From: Antedon mediterranea
Taxonomy: Eukaryota > Animalia > Echinodermata
Length of the DNA stretch: 64,000 nt
NCBI RefSeq assembly: GCF_964355755.1
Contig: NC_092678.1
Coordinates: 4,170,422-4,234,421, forward strand
Direction of reading: 5' to 3'
Shown here: one piece after another, positions 1-13,800 of the stretch
How positions within the stretch are numbered: position 1 is the stretch's first letter
Layout of the letters: every line of letters begins with the position of its first letter
Notes under the pieces: model-generated
What the model was told of the DNA's origin: nothing
Databases searched by the model: none
Seen by the model: only the letters and a program-made list of their open reading frames with translations
Translations under genes and position numbers: made by a program

Positions 1-1346
1 ACAATGTTTGTGGTACAGTGACAGCGAGTGGTAGATCAAGACAGATGAGCGGAGCTGTACGCATCTAGCCTACAATGTTTGTGGTACAGTGACAGCGAGT
101 GGTAGATCAAGACAGATGAGCGGAGCTGTACGCATCTAGCCTACAATGTTTGTGGTACAGTGACAGCGAGTGGTAGATCAAGACAGATGAGCGGAGCTGT
201 ACGCATCTAGCCTACAATGTTTGTGGTACAGTGACAGCGAGTGGTAGATCAAGGCAGATGAGCGGAGCTGTACGCATCTAGCCTACAATGTTTGTGGTAC
301 AGTGACAGCGAGTGGTAGATCAAGGCAGATGAGCGGAGCTGTACGCATCTAGCCTACAATGTTTGTGGTACAGTGACAGCGAGTGGTAGATCAAGACAGA
401 TGAGCGGAGCTGTACGCATCTAGCCTACAATGTTTGTGGTACAGTGACAGCGAGTGGTAGATCAAGACAGATGAGCGGAGCTGTACGCATCTAGCCTACA
501 ATGTTTGTGGTACAGTGACAGCGAGTGGTAGATCAAGACAGATGAGCGGAGCTGTACGCATCTAGCCTACAATGTTTGTGGTACAGTGACAGCGAGTGGT
601 AGATCAAGACAGATGAGCGGAGCTGTACGCATCTAGCCTACAATGTTTGTGATACAGTGACAGCGAGTGGTAGATCAAGACAGATGAGCGGAGCTGTACG
701 CATCTAGCCTACAATGTTTGTGGTACAGTGACAGCGAGTGGTAGATCAAGACAGATGAGCGGAGCTGTACGCATCTAGCCTACAATGTTTGTGGTACAGT
801 GACAGCGAGTGGTAGATCAAGACAGATGAGCGGAGCTGTACGCATCTAGCCTACAATGTTTGTGGTACAGTGACAGCGAGTGGTAGATCAAGACAGATGA
901 GCGGAGCTGTACGCATCTAGCCTACAATGTTTGTGGTACAGTGACAGCGAGTGGTAGATCAAGACAGATGAGCGGAGCTGTACGCATCTAGCCTACAATG
1001 TTTGTGGTACAGTGACAGCGAGTGGTAGATCAAGACAGATGAGCGGAGCTGTACGCATCTAGCCTACAATGTTTGTGGTACAGTGACAGCGAGTGGTAGA
1101 ACAAGACAGATGAGCGGAGCTGTACGCATCTAGCCTACAATGTTTGTGGTACAGTGACAGCGAGTGGTAGATCAAGACAGATGAGCGGAGCTGTACGCAT
1201 CTAGCCTACAATGTTTGTGGTACAGTGACAGCGAGTGGTAGATCAAGACAGATGAGCGGAGCTGTACGCATCTAGCCTACAATGTTTGTGGTACAGTGAC
1301 AGCGAGTGGTAGATCAAGACAGATGAGCGGAGCTGTATGCCTCTAG
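1..1346. repeat. 71-bp tandem repeat (minisatellite), about 19 near-identical copies, runs off the window start
   Basis: Unit ACAATGTTTGTGGTACAGTGACAGCGAGTGGTAGATCAAGACAGATGAGCGGAGCTGTACGCATCTAGCCT repeats with period 71; few substitutions, no spacers. Confidence 0.97.
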
Positions 1347-1740
1347 TTATTGCCTGTTTATTAATAATTTTGTCATGTTGTAAATGTTGTATACTTGAAG
1401 TATTTATGAGTTGTTACTCGTAGTAGATACTAAATGAATAAATACTTGGACAATCTTAATTATTCATTGGTTCATTCGTTCATTTATTTCCAACCCAAGA
1501 AAAAGAATAACTAAAGGTTAGCTCAAAGGTTAAAGTTCAGAGGTCAAATGACAGGTTGTTACCTTTTAACTTTGACCTCTGAACTTTAACCTTTGACATT
1601 TAGTATTTCACAAATACTGAAACATTTTCATTACATTATATTAAAAATATATAGAGTTTCATGACAATTCTACACGACTCTATAGCTCACTATGTCGGTC
1701 GGTTGGTCGGTAAACACTAACTTGAGCAAACGACTGTTAT

Positions 1741-1869
1741 TTATGGCCCTTTAGTATTTTGAGTTGCTCTACCAAGTTGGACTTGTTTAGCATTTGATCC
1801 AAACTGGAGTGTACTAATTGACTCGCTCTGGTTCTTCTCATCTGGACTCACGTTAACAAACAAACATGC
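1741..1869 (-). CDS. Kinesin-14 last coding exon (15)
   Basis: tttgtag|GCATGT acceptor; [42 protein letters not shown]-stop. Confidence 0.92.
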   Translation of the reverse strand, partial: ACLFVNVSPDEKNQSESISTLQFGSNAKQVQLGRATQNTKGP

Positions 1870-4800
1870 CTACAAAGAAATTTAGTATACAAATAAAAAA
1901 CAAAATTGATCACATTATAGTATATTAACTCTGAAAAAAGACGAGGATATGCTTGATATGCAAACATCCTAACCATTGGACCACTTGGGCTTTCATGGTA
2001 TGTTTCAAATCCGATTGCACCCTTGGCACTACAGTAGTATCAAGAGGAAACTTTATAATATAAGTTGTAATGTTCAAACAAGTTGACATGAAAGAATCTT
2101 TTTAATATTAAAAAAATGTTTATCCTTTGATTGGCGAAGTACGTTTTTCTTTTAAATATTGTAACCCTCTAATACACAACAAGACGTAACGTCCGATAGA
2201 GGACGGCAGATAAAGAGATTAAGAAAGATCATAAAATGGAGCACATGTTGTCATAAATGTTCAGTGAGAATAAAGTCATCCAAAACCACTATATTTGATT
2301 TGTTTATATTCATTGTCGGAATCCGGAACATAACATATAGTAATCAACGATATATTATGTTATAATATCACCACACACATGTACAAGCATTACAGTCATG
2401 TTTGGTTGGGAATTAAAAGTTGTAATTTAAATTTAAAGCAACATAATATAAGTCCTATTGAAACTTTTTAATCATTTCAGGATATGCAAATCCAAATGCT
2501 CTGGATCAAAGAACTGAAACCTACACTTAATAAACAAAGCGATTCAGTCAAAGTTAAATTGTTTATTAATTAAGAAGGAGGAGCTTAATAACTTAAGTTC
2601 TTAGAATTGTAGGCCTTCTTTGTTGTTAATTAACCAATTAATTAGTATTTCCTGTCACCCTTTGGTGTTTGTTATTTTTGTATAATTCAATCACTTGATC
2701 TTGAAAATGGTTCCATGATGGTTCCGAAACGTCGATCTTTTTTGTCATTAAATTTTATTGTAAAGTTATATAGTAAGCGTCTATTAATTTGTAGTTTAAA
2801 TTTACCTTAGAATCTCCGCCCAGTGATGGTTGAAGTAGATGTGTTAATTTTGAATTTCTGTAAGGTATATGTAAAGCACCTGATTTTAAACCTGAGAAAA
2901 CCTGCAACAAAATTAATAATTACAATAGCATTAAAAGTATACTAATAACATTTATATCAATTGGTCAGATGTTTTTTAAGTAAACCTACTTACGACCTTT
3001 AAGGCTTTCATAGTTTATTAATTATATGAAAAGTTTAGTGTACTGTACCTGTCCCAGTGACGTAAGTGATTTATTAATAGCTGCAGCCTCAACTAATCTT
3101 TGTCCAGTTGCTTCTGTTTTACTTATCCTCTCTGATCCAGCCAAGTCAACCAAAGTCAAAGATCCAAAGCTGGTCGCTTTAGAGATCTTGTTTACACCCT
3201 CCGCAGTCAACATCAGCAGCAAGTGTGAACGAGAACTAAGGTTAACAAATAATAATAGTTTTTCATGATAATAAAAGCAGACAGTATCCAAAGGTATATT
3301 TGATAATCAGCAGATCTAGCTCCTCAAAATCCTTGCTGTTTATATTTATATGCAGGTAGTGGGAGCAGATCACTGTGAGGTGTTTGCATGTGACCAGTCA
3401 AATACGTCTATATATTAAGCACTTTGAAAGCCAGCGATAGATGTGAACATTAGTTAAAATATGTTGTTCCAGCTGAATAAATTTGTCAACTTTGGTTTGG
3501 TTTTTGTAAAAATATTTTCAGATACAATAGTAGTAAAAAAATAGATTTTAGATTCCATCATTGAAAGCAAACACATTGTTTTACAATATGAATGTGTATT
3601 ACCTTGTTGAATTCATTTTAGTAGATGCCACTGATCGATTCCTATCTCCTATTGCCATGACCTCAGTAATATCCCCTTCATTGCCCACTTTGAACTCTTT
3701 GAGTCCTTTCATTGTTAGCCTCTTCCCCTGCATCCTGATGTCTAGCGCTTCTTTGCTGTTCTCTGACAGTAAATCCTGTACATGCTCATTGTAAACTTCA
3801 ACCATAGAAACCTATTGAAAAGAAGTGTGTTTTATATTTATTAGAATTGTTTTCTTTGTGTATGTTTTGGTATAAACAAGGCAATTTAACAACAGGACGC
3901 TGAGCTCGGTCAGATTAAAGGTTCTCTAGTTTCCAAATTATCAGTCTTCCTCCATTAAGTGCTCGACTGATTTTTGATTGGCTTTCTCAAATATTTAGTT
4001 GGTACCAAAATAGCACCATCCATAATCCATACACTTATTGATAGCCTTGCATCAAAATGAAGCTAAACATAATTTCACTCCACAGGGAAAAAAAAGAGTT
4101 AAAATAACTGTTAAAACTGAAATATTATGTCTACAATTGATCAATTTAATTACAAAAATTAGATGCCTATTTAAAAACTTTAAACTAAAAGTACCAAAAA
4201 ACAATTAAATATCAATAAAAACGAATCAACATATGGTGTACATAGCCTAGAACTTGATGGCTTTGTTTGTTACGATAGTTGAGCTCAGCGTCCTGTTAGA
4301 TTGCCTTGGTATAAATATGTTTTTTCTTTTATATCATATCATTTTTATTTTTTTGACAAAAACCTTTTTATGGTATATAAAAAGTACAAAACAATAACAC
4401 ACAGCAAAAAAAGTTTGTATAAACAATAAAAAAATAATAAAACAAGTAAAATAATGAGGCAGCAACATTTACTAAATATTTTTAAAGTTCAATTAAAAAA
4501 TATCTGTGATATTAGTATAAATAGTTAACATATTAAGCAGAAGTTATTAAGTCTACATTATTTACATAGTTTTATTTACTTGCCAGTTTTAAGTTTTGTT
4601 TATATATTGAACAATGAGGAAAATATATTTGTTGTATTTTAGCTTATTAACTGGTATGGTCTCATGCTTTTGTGTCAGCCTTTGGCTGCAAATGTATTTT
4701 TATATGTTCGAAATAATGATACCATGATAGATATTATCTTACCTTCAGAGTGTATGATATCTTGGAACGTTCATTACACATTTTCAAGAGCTCTCTGATG

Positions 4801-7800
4801 GATCTGATATTCACGCCAGGATCTTCTGGTGTTCCCATCATTGTGTATGTTTTTCCTGCTCCTGTTTGACCATATGCCATGATGCAAATGTTATAGCCAT
4901 CTACACACGATGTTATGATTGGTAGAACCTCCGAAAATACCTAAGAAAGAATATTTTTGGTTGAATTATATAGTTGGCTATAATGGCTAAAACTATCTTC
5001 GAAACACCAAGGCATTCCCAATTATCTATCTAAAAACTAGATTTACTCCGTCACTATGACGAATTATAGGTTATATGCATTGATGTAAAAATAAATAAAA
5101 ATAATTGATTGATAAAGATATTTTGATTTTGTCACAATTTTTATTTATAATATATGAAAGATAGGATCTTGGTAGCGAAAATACAATAACTGGAATCACT
5201 GCACATCAAGCAACTGGACTAGATCAACCCGATCAAAGATCCCTCCGCATATATGTCATAAACCACCCTTGTTACATAATAGTAAAGACATAAGTTTCTC
5301 TAGATTTAATTATAAATCAGGTGTATAATTTATACACTAAGAAATAAAATTGAACAAACATTACAGATATTAAAAAGAAAATAAAGTCTTATTTTTCCTA
5401 GGTGAGACATGATATTCGTACTTTGAATGCTATAGACGCAATCACAGACCACCGAACCATGTACACAACTTAACAATATTTATCCACATTGTATGACCTA
5501 CTTGTAGTGAATATTTATCTTAGTTGGTTCCGAGCTTTCTCAGGCGTATATCCACTCGACGTACACTGCTGTCACTGAATGATAACTCATACAAAAAGTA
5601 TATTTAACTCAACTAGAACTTTTATTCCTTGTAATTCGATTAATACATCTTTCTACCACTACCAGTCAAGCCTTAATATTCTTTATCATCTTTCCGTTTA
5701 TCTACTCTGATCTTATTCTCTCTTCTTCTTAATATCTATTACATTCCACTTTTATACTGGACATGCAAATTTTAGGCTTCAGAGGAGGATAACATTTTCT
5801 CTCCAAAATTTATACGATTTTGATTGGCTAATAAAATAAGGCGGACCTGGTCTAAAGCATCCTTCTCTAAACACAGAGAATCACAACATCAATAATATGA
5901 CATTCCCCTTTTTGGGAAAAAGATTGTGTCAATTTAACATTTAAAACCATTTTACTTTAAACTATCTACTAATAACACCTCTATAATATTATTTATGCAC
6001 GGCTTAATCCATCTGCATTTCCATTTAATGATCCTTTCTTGTAAATAACTTTAAATTTATATCCTTGTAAAAACAGAGCCCATCTCATAAGTCTAACATT
6101 GGCACCCTTCATTGAGTCCGTCCATCTCAATGCCTGATGGTCAGTATGAACTTGAAATTCACAACCATACAGATAATACTTAAGTTTATTGATAGCCCAA
6201 ACAATAGAGAGGCACTCTTTTTCTGGCACAGAATATCTCTGCTCATGTACAGATAACTTTCTACTTAAGTACACAATGGGATAATCATTACCCTCACCAT
6301 CTATTTGGCTCAGCACTGCACCTATGCCATAATTTGAGGCATCGGTTTGCAATATAAACATCTTATCAAAATTTGGGGCTTTTAATACATTATCATCAGT
6401 AAGTCGTTTCTTTAAAGTTACAAAGGCATTTTCACATTGTTCATTCCACTTAACGGTATTACTTTTACTCTTTAAAGTTAAATCAATCAATGGCTTAGCA
6501 ATATCGGCATAGTTCTGTACAAATTTTCTGTAATAGCCAGTTAATCCGAGAAATGATCGGACTTGTTTCTTAGACAAAGGTCTGGGGAACTTTTCCACAG
6601 CCTCAACCTTATCAATCATGGGTCTAATTTCTCCATTACCAATCTTATGCCCCAGAAATTCTACCTGTGCATAGGCAATTTTACATTTCAAAGGCTTTGC
6701 TGTCAATCCAGCACTACTTAATCTTTCTAATACATTATTCAAATGAAAAATATGATCTTTCCAAGTTTGACTATAAATACATATGTCATCTATATATGCC
6801 TTAGCATATCCCTCAGTACCTTGTAATACCTTATCCATTAATCTTTGGAAAGTACTAGAGCTATTTTGCATACCAAATGGAAGTACATTGTAACAATACT
6901 GTCCAAATTGTGTAATAAATGCTGATTTGTCTTTGGTCTTAGGATCCAGAGGCACCTGGTAAAATCCTTTAGTTAGATCTAACGTAGTTATGTATATTGC
7001 GGATGATACCTCATCCAACATTTCGTCTATGCGAGGCATAACATAAGGGTCAAATTGTGTAGTCTTATTTAGTGATCTAAAATCTGTCACCATTCTAATT
7101 TGATTCTGGCCTTTCTTCAGGGCAATAATAGGTGCAGCATAGGCACTAACTGTAGGTTCTATTATACCCATAGCCAACATACTATCTAATTCTTCTTTCA
7201 ATTTACCCTTTAATGCTTGGGGCGTTCTATATGCCCTATGCCTTATAGGCATTTCACCATTAGTCTTAATTTCATGTGTCACTAAGTGAGTTCTACCTGG
7301 TACATCCGAGAATACATTCTGTTGGTACTTTAACAATTCTGTTAATTGTTTAGTTTGTGTATCATTTAAATTACTACTAACATTTACATCTCTCCATGTT
7401 TGTGATTGATGATAAGACAATCCTATGTCTATTTCATGACTATCTAACTCATTTTCATGGACTGTTTCATTTAAGTCTACTTCTTCTATCGACTGGACAT
7501 TTGTTACTACATAATAACCATCTTTACTTATTTCTACTTTATCATACCATCTCTTTAACATATTAACATGTAGAATTTGTTTTTCTTTTCTTCTACCTCC
7601 TATGTATATTTCATAATTTACATCATTGACCTTTTTTGTAACAGTGAAGGGGCCTTGCCATTTACTGTCTAACTTACTATTTCCTACTGGAAGGAATATC
7701 AACACTTTGTCCCCTTCTACAAATTCTCTATCAATAGCATTCTTGTTATAATTGTGGGACATAATTTCTTGTTGTTCAAGTTTGTTTACATTAGCATCTT

Positions 7801-10800
7801 TCATTAATTCCTCCATTTTTTCTCTTATGTCTAACATGTATTTGATAACATCAGTAGATGTTTCTTCATCTTCTACCCAATTACTTTTGAGTAAACTCAA
7901 GGGTCCCCTCACCTCTCTACCATAAAGCAATTTAAAAGGTGAATGGCCCGTCGCTTTACTAGGAACTTCTCTGTATGCAAACAGAAAGGGGGGTATGTAG
8001 TTATCCCAATTTTTTCTTTGCTTAACTGTAAGTGTCCTTATCATATTTTTCAATGTACCGTGAAATCTTTCAACAAGCCCATTGCTTTGGGGGTGGTACA
8101 CTGTAGTCTTTAATTGATTAATCCCCAACATACTACACATAGATTGCATAATTGAAGACATGAAATTAGTTCCTTGATCATGTACAATCTCTTCGGGTAA
8201 TCCTACTCTAGTAAAGACTTCTATTAGAGCCCTGGCTACTGTTTCAGCTCTAACATTGGGTAACGGGATAGCATCCGGATATCTCGTAGCATAGTCAATT
8301 ATAGTAAGCATATATTTGTTATTACGGCTTGTTCTAGATAAGGGTCCAACAATGTCTATCGCTATACGTTTAAATGGTGTACTTATAATCGGTAATGGTA
8401 TCAAAGTATGTTTCCTTTTACTTTTACCATTATCTACCTTTTGGCATTCCTTACAGACTTTACAATAGACTACCACATCTTTAAATATACCTGGCCAATA
8501 GAATTGGTTCAGGACCCTACTTTTAGTTTTCTCAACACCCATGTGACCTGCAAATGGCACATTATGACCTAAGTGTAATACACCCTGTCTACACTGAGTG
8601 GGTAATACAATCTGTTCCACTTGGTTATTCTTATCTTTAATACTACTCCAATTTCTCATCAATATACCTTGTCTCATAAAGAAACATACCCTATGCTGAC
8701 CTATTTCTTCTATAGGGACTACCCTGTCAAACACTCCTTTGAGTGAGTCATCATTAGTTTGCAATTTGATCAGTTCTTGTTTAGTTAGGTTCAGCTTGTG
8801 CTGTTGTTCATAAGTTTTACGTTTGACTGTTTTATCTTTAGCTTTATCCTCATTTTCGTCAAACAAATTATTCATTTCTGTTCCATTCATATCATCTAAA
8901 CACTTAGTTTTATTTACTTTGTTGTCATTTACTACTGTTTTCAACAATTGTACATTAGTTTCTTTAGGCGGCTCTTCTATCGGCTTAAAGTTACTATCTT
9001 TCCCTAACAATATCATTTCGTCTTGTATTCTAACATCATTTTCTATTCTGGCTTGCTCCCTAGTTAGGACGAACATTTCTTTAGCCATAGTTTCCCCACA
9101 ATTCTGGTCCAAATCATGACCCAATAACATGTCCCTCTGTAATCCTTCGATTACGGCTACAATCACTTTTCCTGTCACTATCTTACTTTCTATAGCTACC
9201 TCAGCTAAGGGGACGGTAATATCGCCTCCTATACCTCTTAACGTAACCCATTTTCCTGGCAAGTAACATTTGTTAGGCACTAGACTTTCCTTAACAGCTG
9301 ACTGGGTACATCCCGAGTCTCTAAGCATAGTTATATCCTGTCCTTCTAATTTTCCTGGTATTATACACTTCTCCATTTTATTTTCTACACTATCCATAAC
9401 TACTTGGGGTCTATCTGATTTTAGTCCTTCACATCTTAAGCCATCTTTCACATTCGGGCCCTTCTTAGTGTCACTAGTCTTTCCTTTTGCTACCATCTTA
9501 GGACAATCCCCTATTTTATGTCCCTTCTCCTTACAATTAAAGCATAGGCCATTAATCCATTCATTTGAAGGTTCTCTCTGTTGGAAATTTCTACCATAGT
9601 TATGGAATTTGCCTCCCCTTCCGCGATACCTATTGTATCCTTGCTGCCTAGCTCCAGGGTTATTCTGAGTCGTACCATTCTTAGGTTTACTATTTTCTTG
9701 GCCCTTATAATACGTAGGCTTATTTTCAGAATTTACGGCATTCCAATAGCCACGGCCACCTCTATTAGCTATATAATCATCGGCTATCATAGCCATATCA
9801 TAGCTCTTATTTACTTGTTTATCTCTAAGATAAAGCCTCAGATCTTCAGGCATTTTATTAAGTGCCTGTTCCATTATAATCATTTCAATAATGCCTGCAG
9901 CATCATCTTCTTTTACATTAGCACATTTCATCCAACATTTTAAATAATGGGAGAGCTCATTCAGCCATTCCCTGATGGACATATCTTTAACTCTGTTTGA
10001 ATTTCTAAATTTAAATCTGTAGGTCTCTGCGGACACATCATACTTTTCTAAGATTGCCTTCTTTAAGGTATCATAATCTACACATTCTTTTACGGTTAAG
10101 GATGCATATGCTGTCCTAGCTTTACCAGACAGTTCAGGTGCTAACCTAGCGGACCACGTATTCTTATCCCAACCTGTGGCTTCTGCCAAGTGTTCAAATG
10201 TTCTAAAATATATATCAATATCATCTGATTCCTTCAAAGTAGGAACCTTTACCTTCATTTCATCTACTATATTCCTAGCATTACTGTAGCTAGACCTATT
10301 TTCTAATTCCATCATTTTCACTCTTTCTTGTGATTCAATTTTTCTTTGCTCTATATCCATTTTCTTTTGCTCTATATCTGCTTCTAATCTTAATTGGTCT
10401 TGTTGGTATTGTAATTCTAACTTTTTGTTTTCGGCCTCGGCCTCGAACTTCATTCGAAAATATTCGAGCATCATATCTTTAGGCATACCGCCGGGTATTT
10501 CGGGCAAATCAATATCCCTAGCCATGTTATCATATATTTCATTGACTTGGTCAACCTCTTCTTGGTCAACCATATCTTCCCTAGTATCTTTGTCTGACAT
10601 AGTCTTATCTATATTTTTACCCGATCTTAAAGTTGTCATGCTAATAACAATTTTACTAATGAAATATGTAAACTTATGTATACAAAATATGTTATAAAAG
10701 TATTTGTATTACCTTGATTCCATTCAGATATGTAAAAATATGAAATCCACATAAATTTTTAAATGCAATACAATATAAGACATTAATTTACTTCAAAGTC

Positions 10801-13800
10801 ACAAACAACGTTCCAAGTTCGCTCCGTACAAAAATTTACTTTCGAAATAAAAATTAGTTTACAAAGTCAGCTTTGCAAATCTTCTCAAAATTTACTGGGC
10901 TTCCTTCTGTTACTTCAGTCTTCTTCTTTCAGACCTCGGTGAATATATACAGTATCTCCGATGAATATCCAGCAGTCTTGAGCTCAACAGTACTTCTTCT
11001 TGATCTTCGTTGTAATATCCAAACAACGCACGGTATAAAAACTGTCAGGAATCCAGATCTTCGTAACCATTTAACTTTTTGGTTACTGATTTAACAGGCC
11101 AGTAGAGTAGGCACTGTCACTTCTTCTTTTTCTTCTTCTTCTTGATACTTAAATCATGTAAACAAAAATTTTCACCGCTGCCACCATGTAGTGAATATTT
11201 ATCTTAGTTGGTTCCGAGCTTTCTCAGGCGTATATCCACTCGACGTACACTGCTGTCACTGAATGATAACTCATACAAAAAGTATATTTAACTCAACTAG
11301 AACTTTTATTCCTTGTAATTCGATTAATACATCTTTCTACCACTACCAGTCAAGCCTTAATATTCTTTATCATCTTTCCGTTTATCTACTCTGATCTTAT
11401 TCTCTCTTCTTCTTAATATCTATTACATTCCACTTTTATACTGGACATGCAAATTTTAGGCTTCAGAGGAGGATAACATTTTCTCTCCAAAATTTATACG
11501 ATTTTGATTGGCTAATAATATAAGGCGGACCTGGTCTAAAGCATCCTTCTCTAAACACAGAGAATCACAACATCAATAATATGACACTACTATACAACCC
11601 CCTGGAGAGGTGCGTCATGGGTGCATCATTTAGAAATAATTACTGACGCAGGTGTTCGTCAAAAAACTAGATGGTATGGATGGATGTTCATCACTTTACC
11701 ACCCACCATATCATAAACAACATCATGGTCATAATGCGTCAAAACGGTCACCTAGGTAAGTCACATTTTTTACGCACAGGTGCGTCATGGTATTCATAGG
11801 GTATGACGAACATGGGACAAATGATACACCTCTTCCGGGGCTTGTATAGTGGGTCATACAATTGACAAGTGCGCAATTTTAAGTTAAAAAGTGAATAAAG
11901 TATAATGAAATTGCTAAAGAAAGGTTGTAAAACAGAAATCGTGCAGAAAGAATGTGCATTAACGTTTAACCTGTAGTGTGCACGCAAAAATATGCGCACT
12001 CATGGCAATTTTTTTAACGTTTAAAATTGCCTGAAACATACTCTAATTTCATCAAAAATAAATTTTGAAAATTTTAAGCACGTGTATGCATGCGCTATGT
12101 ACGTAATTGATTTAGGTAGTGTTAGTATAAGAGGACCTACCTCTGCGTAGTGTGACATATGTGGGACAAGATAAAAGAGAGAAATTGAATACAAGATTTA
12201 AAACAAATTTTATCCACTTTCTTACCTCAGTTTGTTTCGACTCTGGAGTAAATATTTTATCAAATTTGAAGCTCATTTTCTTGCCAGCTGCGTTATTGCA
12301 CACAATATCTTGATCCGATGGAAACTTATGACAATTTTCAGTTCGTTGATCAAATCGCACGCGACAAAAAACCCGAATATTCCCTCGGAGTTCTTGTACC
12401 TGGAAATAACAAAAAGAATTTCAATGTTAAGCCAAAACAATTTAAAAATGATTATGCCAACTTTATATTTATCATCTGCGCATGTCCATGGAAGCATGAA
12501 ACCGTGTGTGGTGTTAAGTAGATGTTCTTCTTACAATTCAGTTAGATTTGATATATGAAGCACAATAATGGATAAAGGCAAGAATACTAGTTTAACCAGG
12601 CGGCAGAAATACGATCTTCTTAAGGGAACAACCAAGCATGATTCACTGCCGATAGGCATAGTCGTAGAGGATACACGTGATACAATCTCGGAAAAAAGTT
12701 TATGATTTGGAAAACAGATAAAGAATAAATAATGGGTCATACAAGGTGTTCCTGATGCAGGGGAAGTAAATAAAGTAAATAAGTTATTTAAATTTTGAAG
12801 ATGTAATCATAGATCGTGCTCATAGGACTGAGAGAAACAAATAACATTCAAAAACTATATGTAACACAACTCATTTAAAAAGTTAATAAATTTTCAAACA
12901 GTTTAAAAAAAAGTTCTCAATAGTGGTAGCTCTTTAGTTGTCTTCTATGAGTCTTAACGGTTTGGTATTATGACACGACCTGCACGTGTTTGTAATTGGT
13001 TATCATTATTAGTCACTTCAGCTGATGGGGTTAGACTTGGGTTTTTGTGAATGTCGTTTCTTTTATTGTTTTCTCCTTCATCAGTAATCAGTGCTTCAGT
13101 GGCTGGGATCTCACGAATGTGTTGTCAATTTTTTCGAAGGCGAGTTCCACTTTCGTCCTCAAGTAAATATGATCTGGGTTCTTCGGCTTTATCACATACT
13201 GTTGCTGGATTCCATTTTCCTGTGTTTGCATTTCCTACTCTTACAGGTTGTTCCACATACAAAGGTGGAAACTCATTGTTAAGTGCACGTTTGTCAAAAT
13301 ACAATTTCTGTGTCTCTTGTCGCTTCTTTAGTTGTTCGTAGATATCATCTTGTTCTGTGTTTTCAGGTTTGTTTGGATAGTTTTGGATTTCTTAATTTGC
13401 TCGTCCTAGATGTGCTGTGTGTAGTTGCTTTAATAGTATCTCTCTTTGCATGTGTGCTTGGATGATGATTCTTTGGCCCTTTAATATGAGACCATTTTCA
13501 ATTGACAGCTGATCACGGTAACTCTAATAGGAATGAAGGTCTGTTGGCACTTGTGACATGCCTTCTGGCCAACCAGTCAGAATGATTTCTTTGAGAGCTT
13601 TTAACACTGTGTCACATGAAGTATAATCGATGAGCTGTTGTAGTTTGTCTGACGAACAATATCCACTTGCATGTCTACCTTTAAGCTTGATTTTTTGGGC
13701 TTGGTAGTCTGGATAGGCCATCCGCTAACTGGTTGTCGGTTCCAGGAATGTGGACAACCTTGCAGTTGTAGCTGTTAAGCGATATCCTCTGTAGTCTAGG

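Larger units (their letters stand above)
5503..11586 (-). mobile_element. Full-length intact Ty3/Gypsy LTR retrotransposon of Gmr1 type (PR-INT-RT-RH)
   Basis: 400-bp TG..CA LTRs at 5503-5902 and 11187-11586 (1 mismatch seen); 5-bp TSD CTACT; PBS TGGTGGCAGCGGTG (11173-11186, matches a tRNA-Leu 3' end); PPT next to 5903; a single 1548-aa ORF. Confidence 0.96.

Noticed and set aside
1-1346. CRISPR-like array
   Set aside because: Units are head-to-tail and identical with no unique spacers, there are no cas genes, and the context is eukaryotic. The same applies to the 38-, 21- and 25-bp arrays.
1513-1598. Long hairpin in the kinesin 3' UTR as a regulatory RNA or miRNA
   Set aside because: It is built from AAAGGTCA/TGACCTTT-type reiterations common in invertebrate non-autonomous TEs and lies next to a HINE-like end; there is no independent support for function.
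5993-10639. Ty1/Copia assignment based on INT-before-RT order
   Set aside because: The RT, RNase H and integrase motifs are Gypsy-type ([27 protein letters not shown]), which fits Gmr1.
8823-10697. Plus-strand ORFs inside the Gmr1 element
   Set aside because: Antisense shadows of the long Gag-Pol frame; no motifs.
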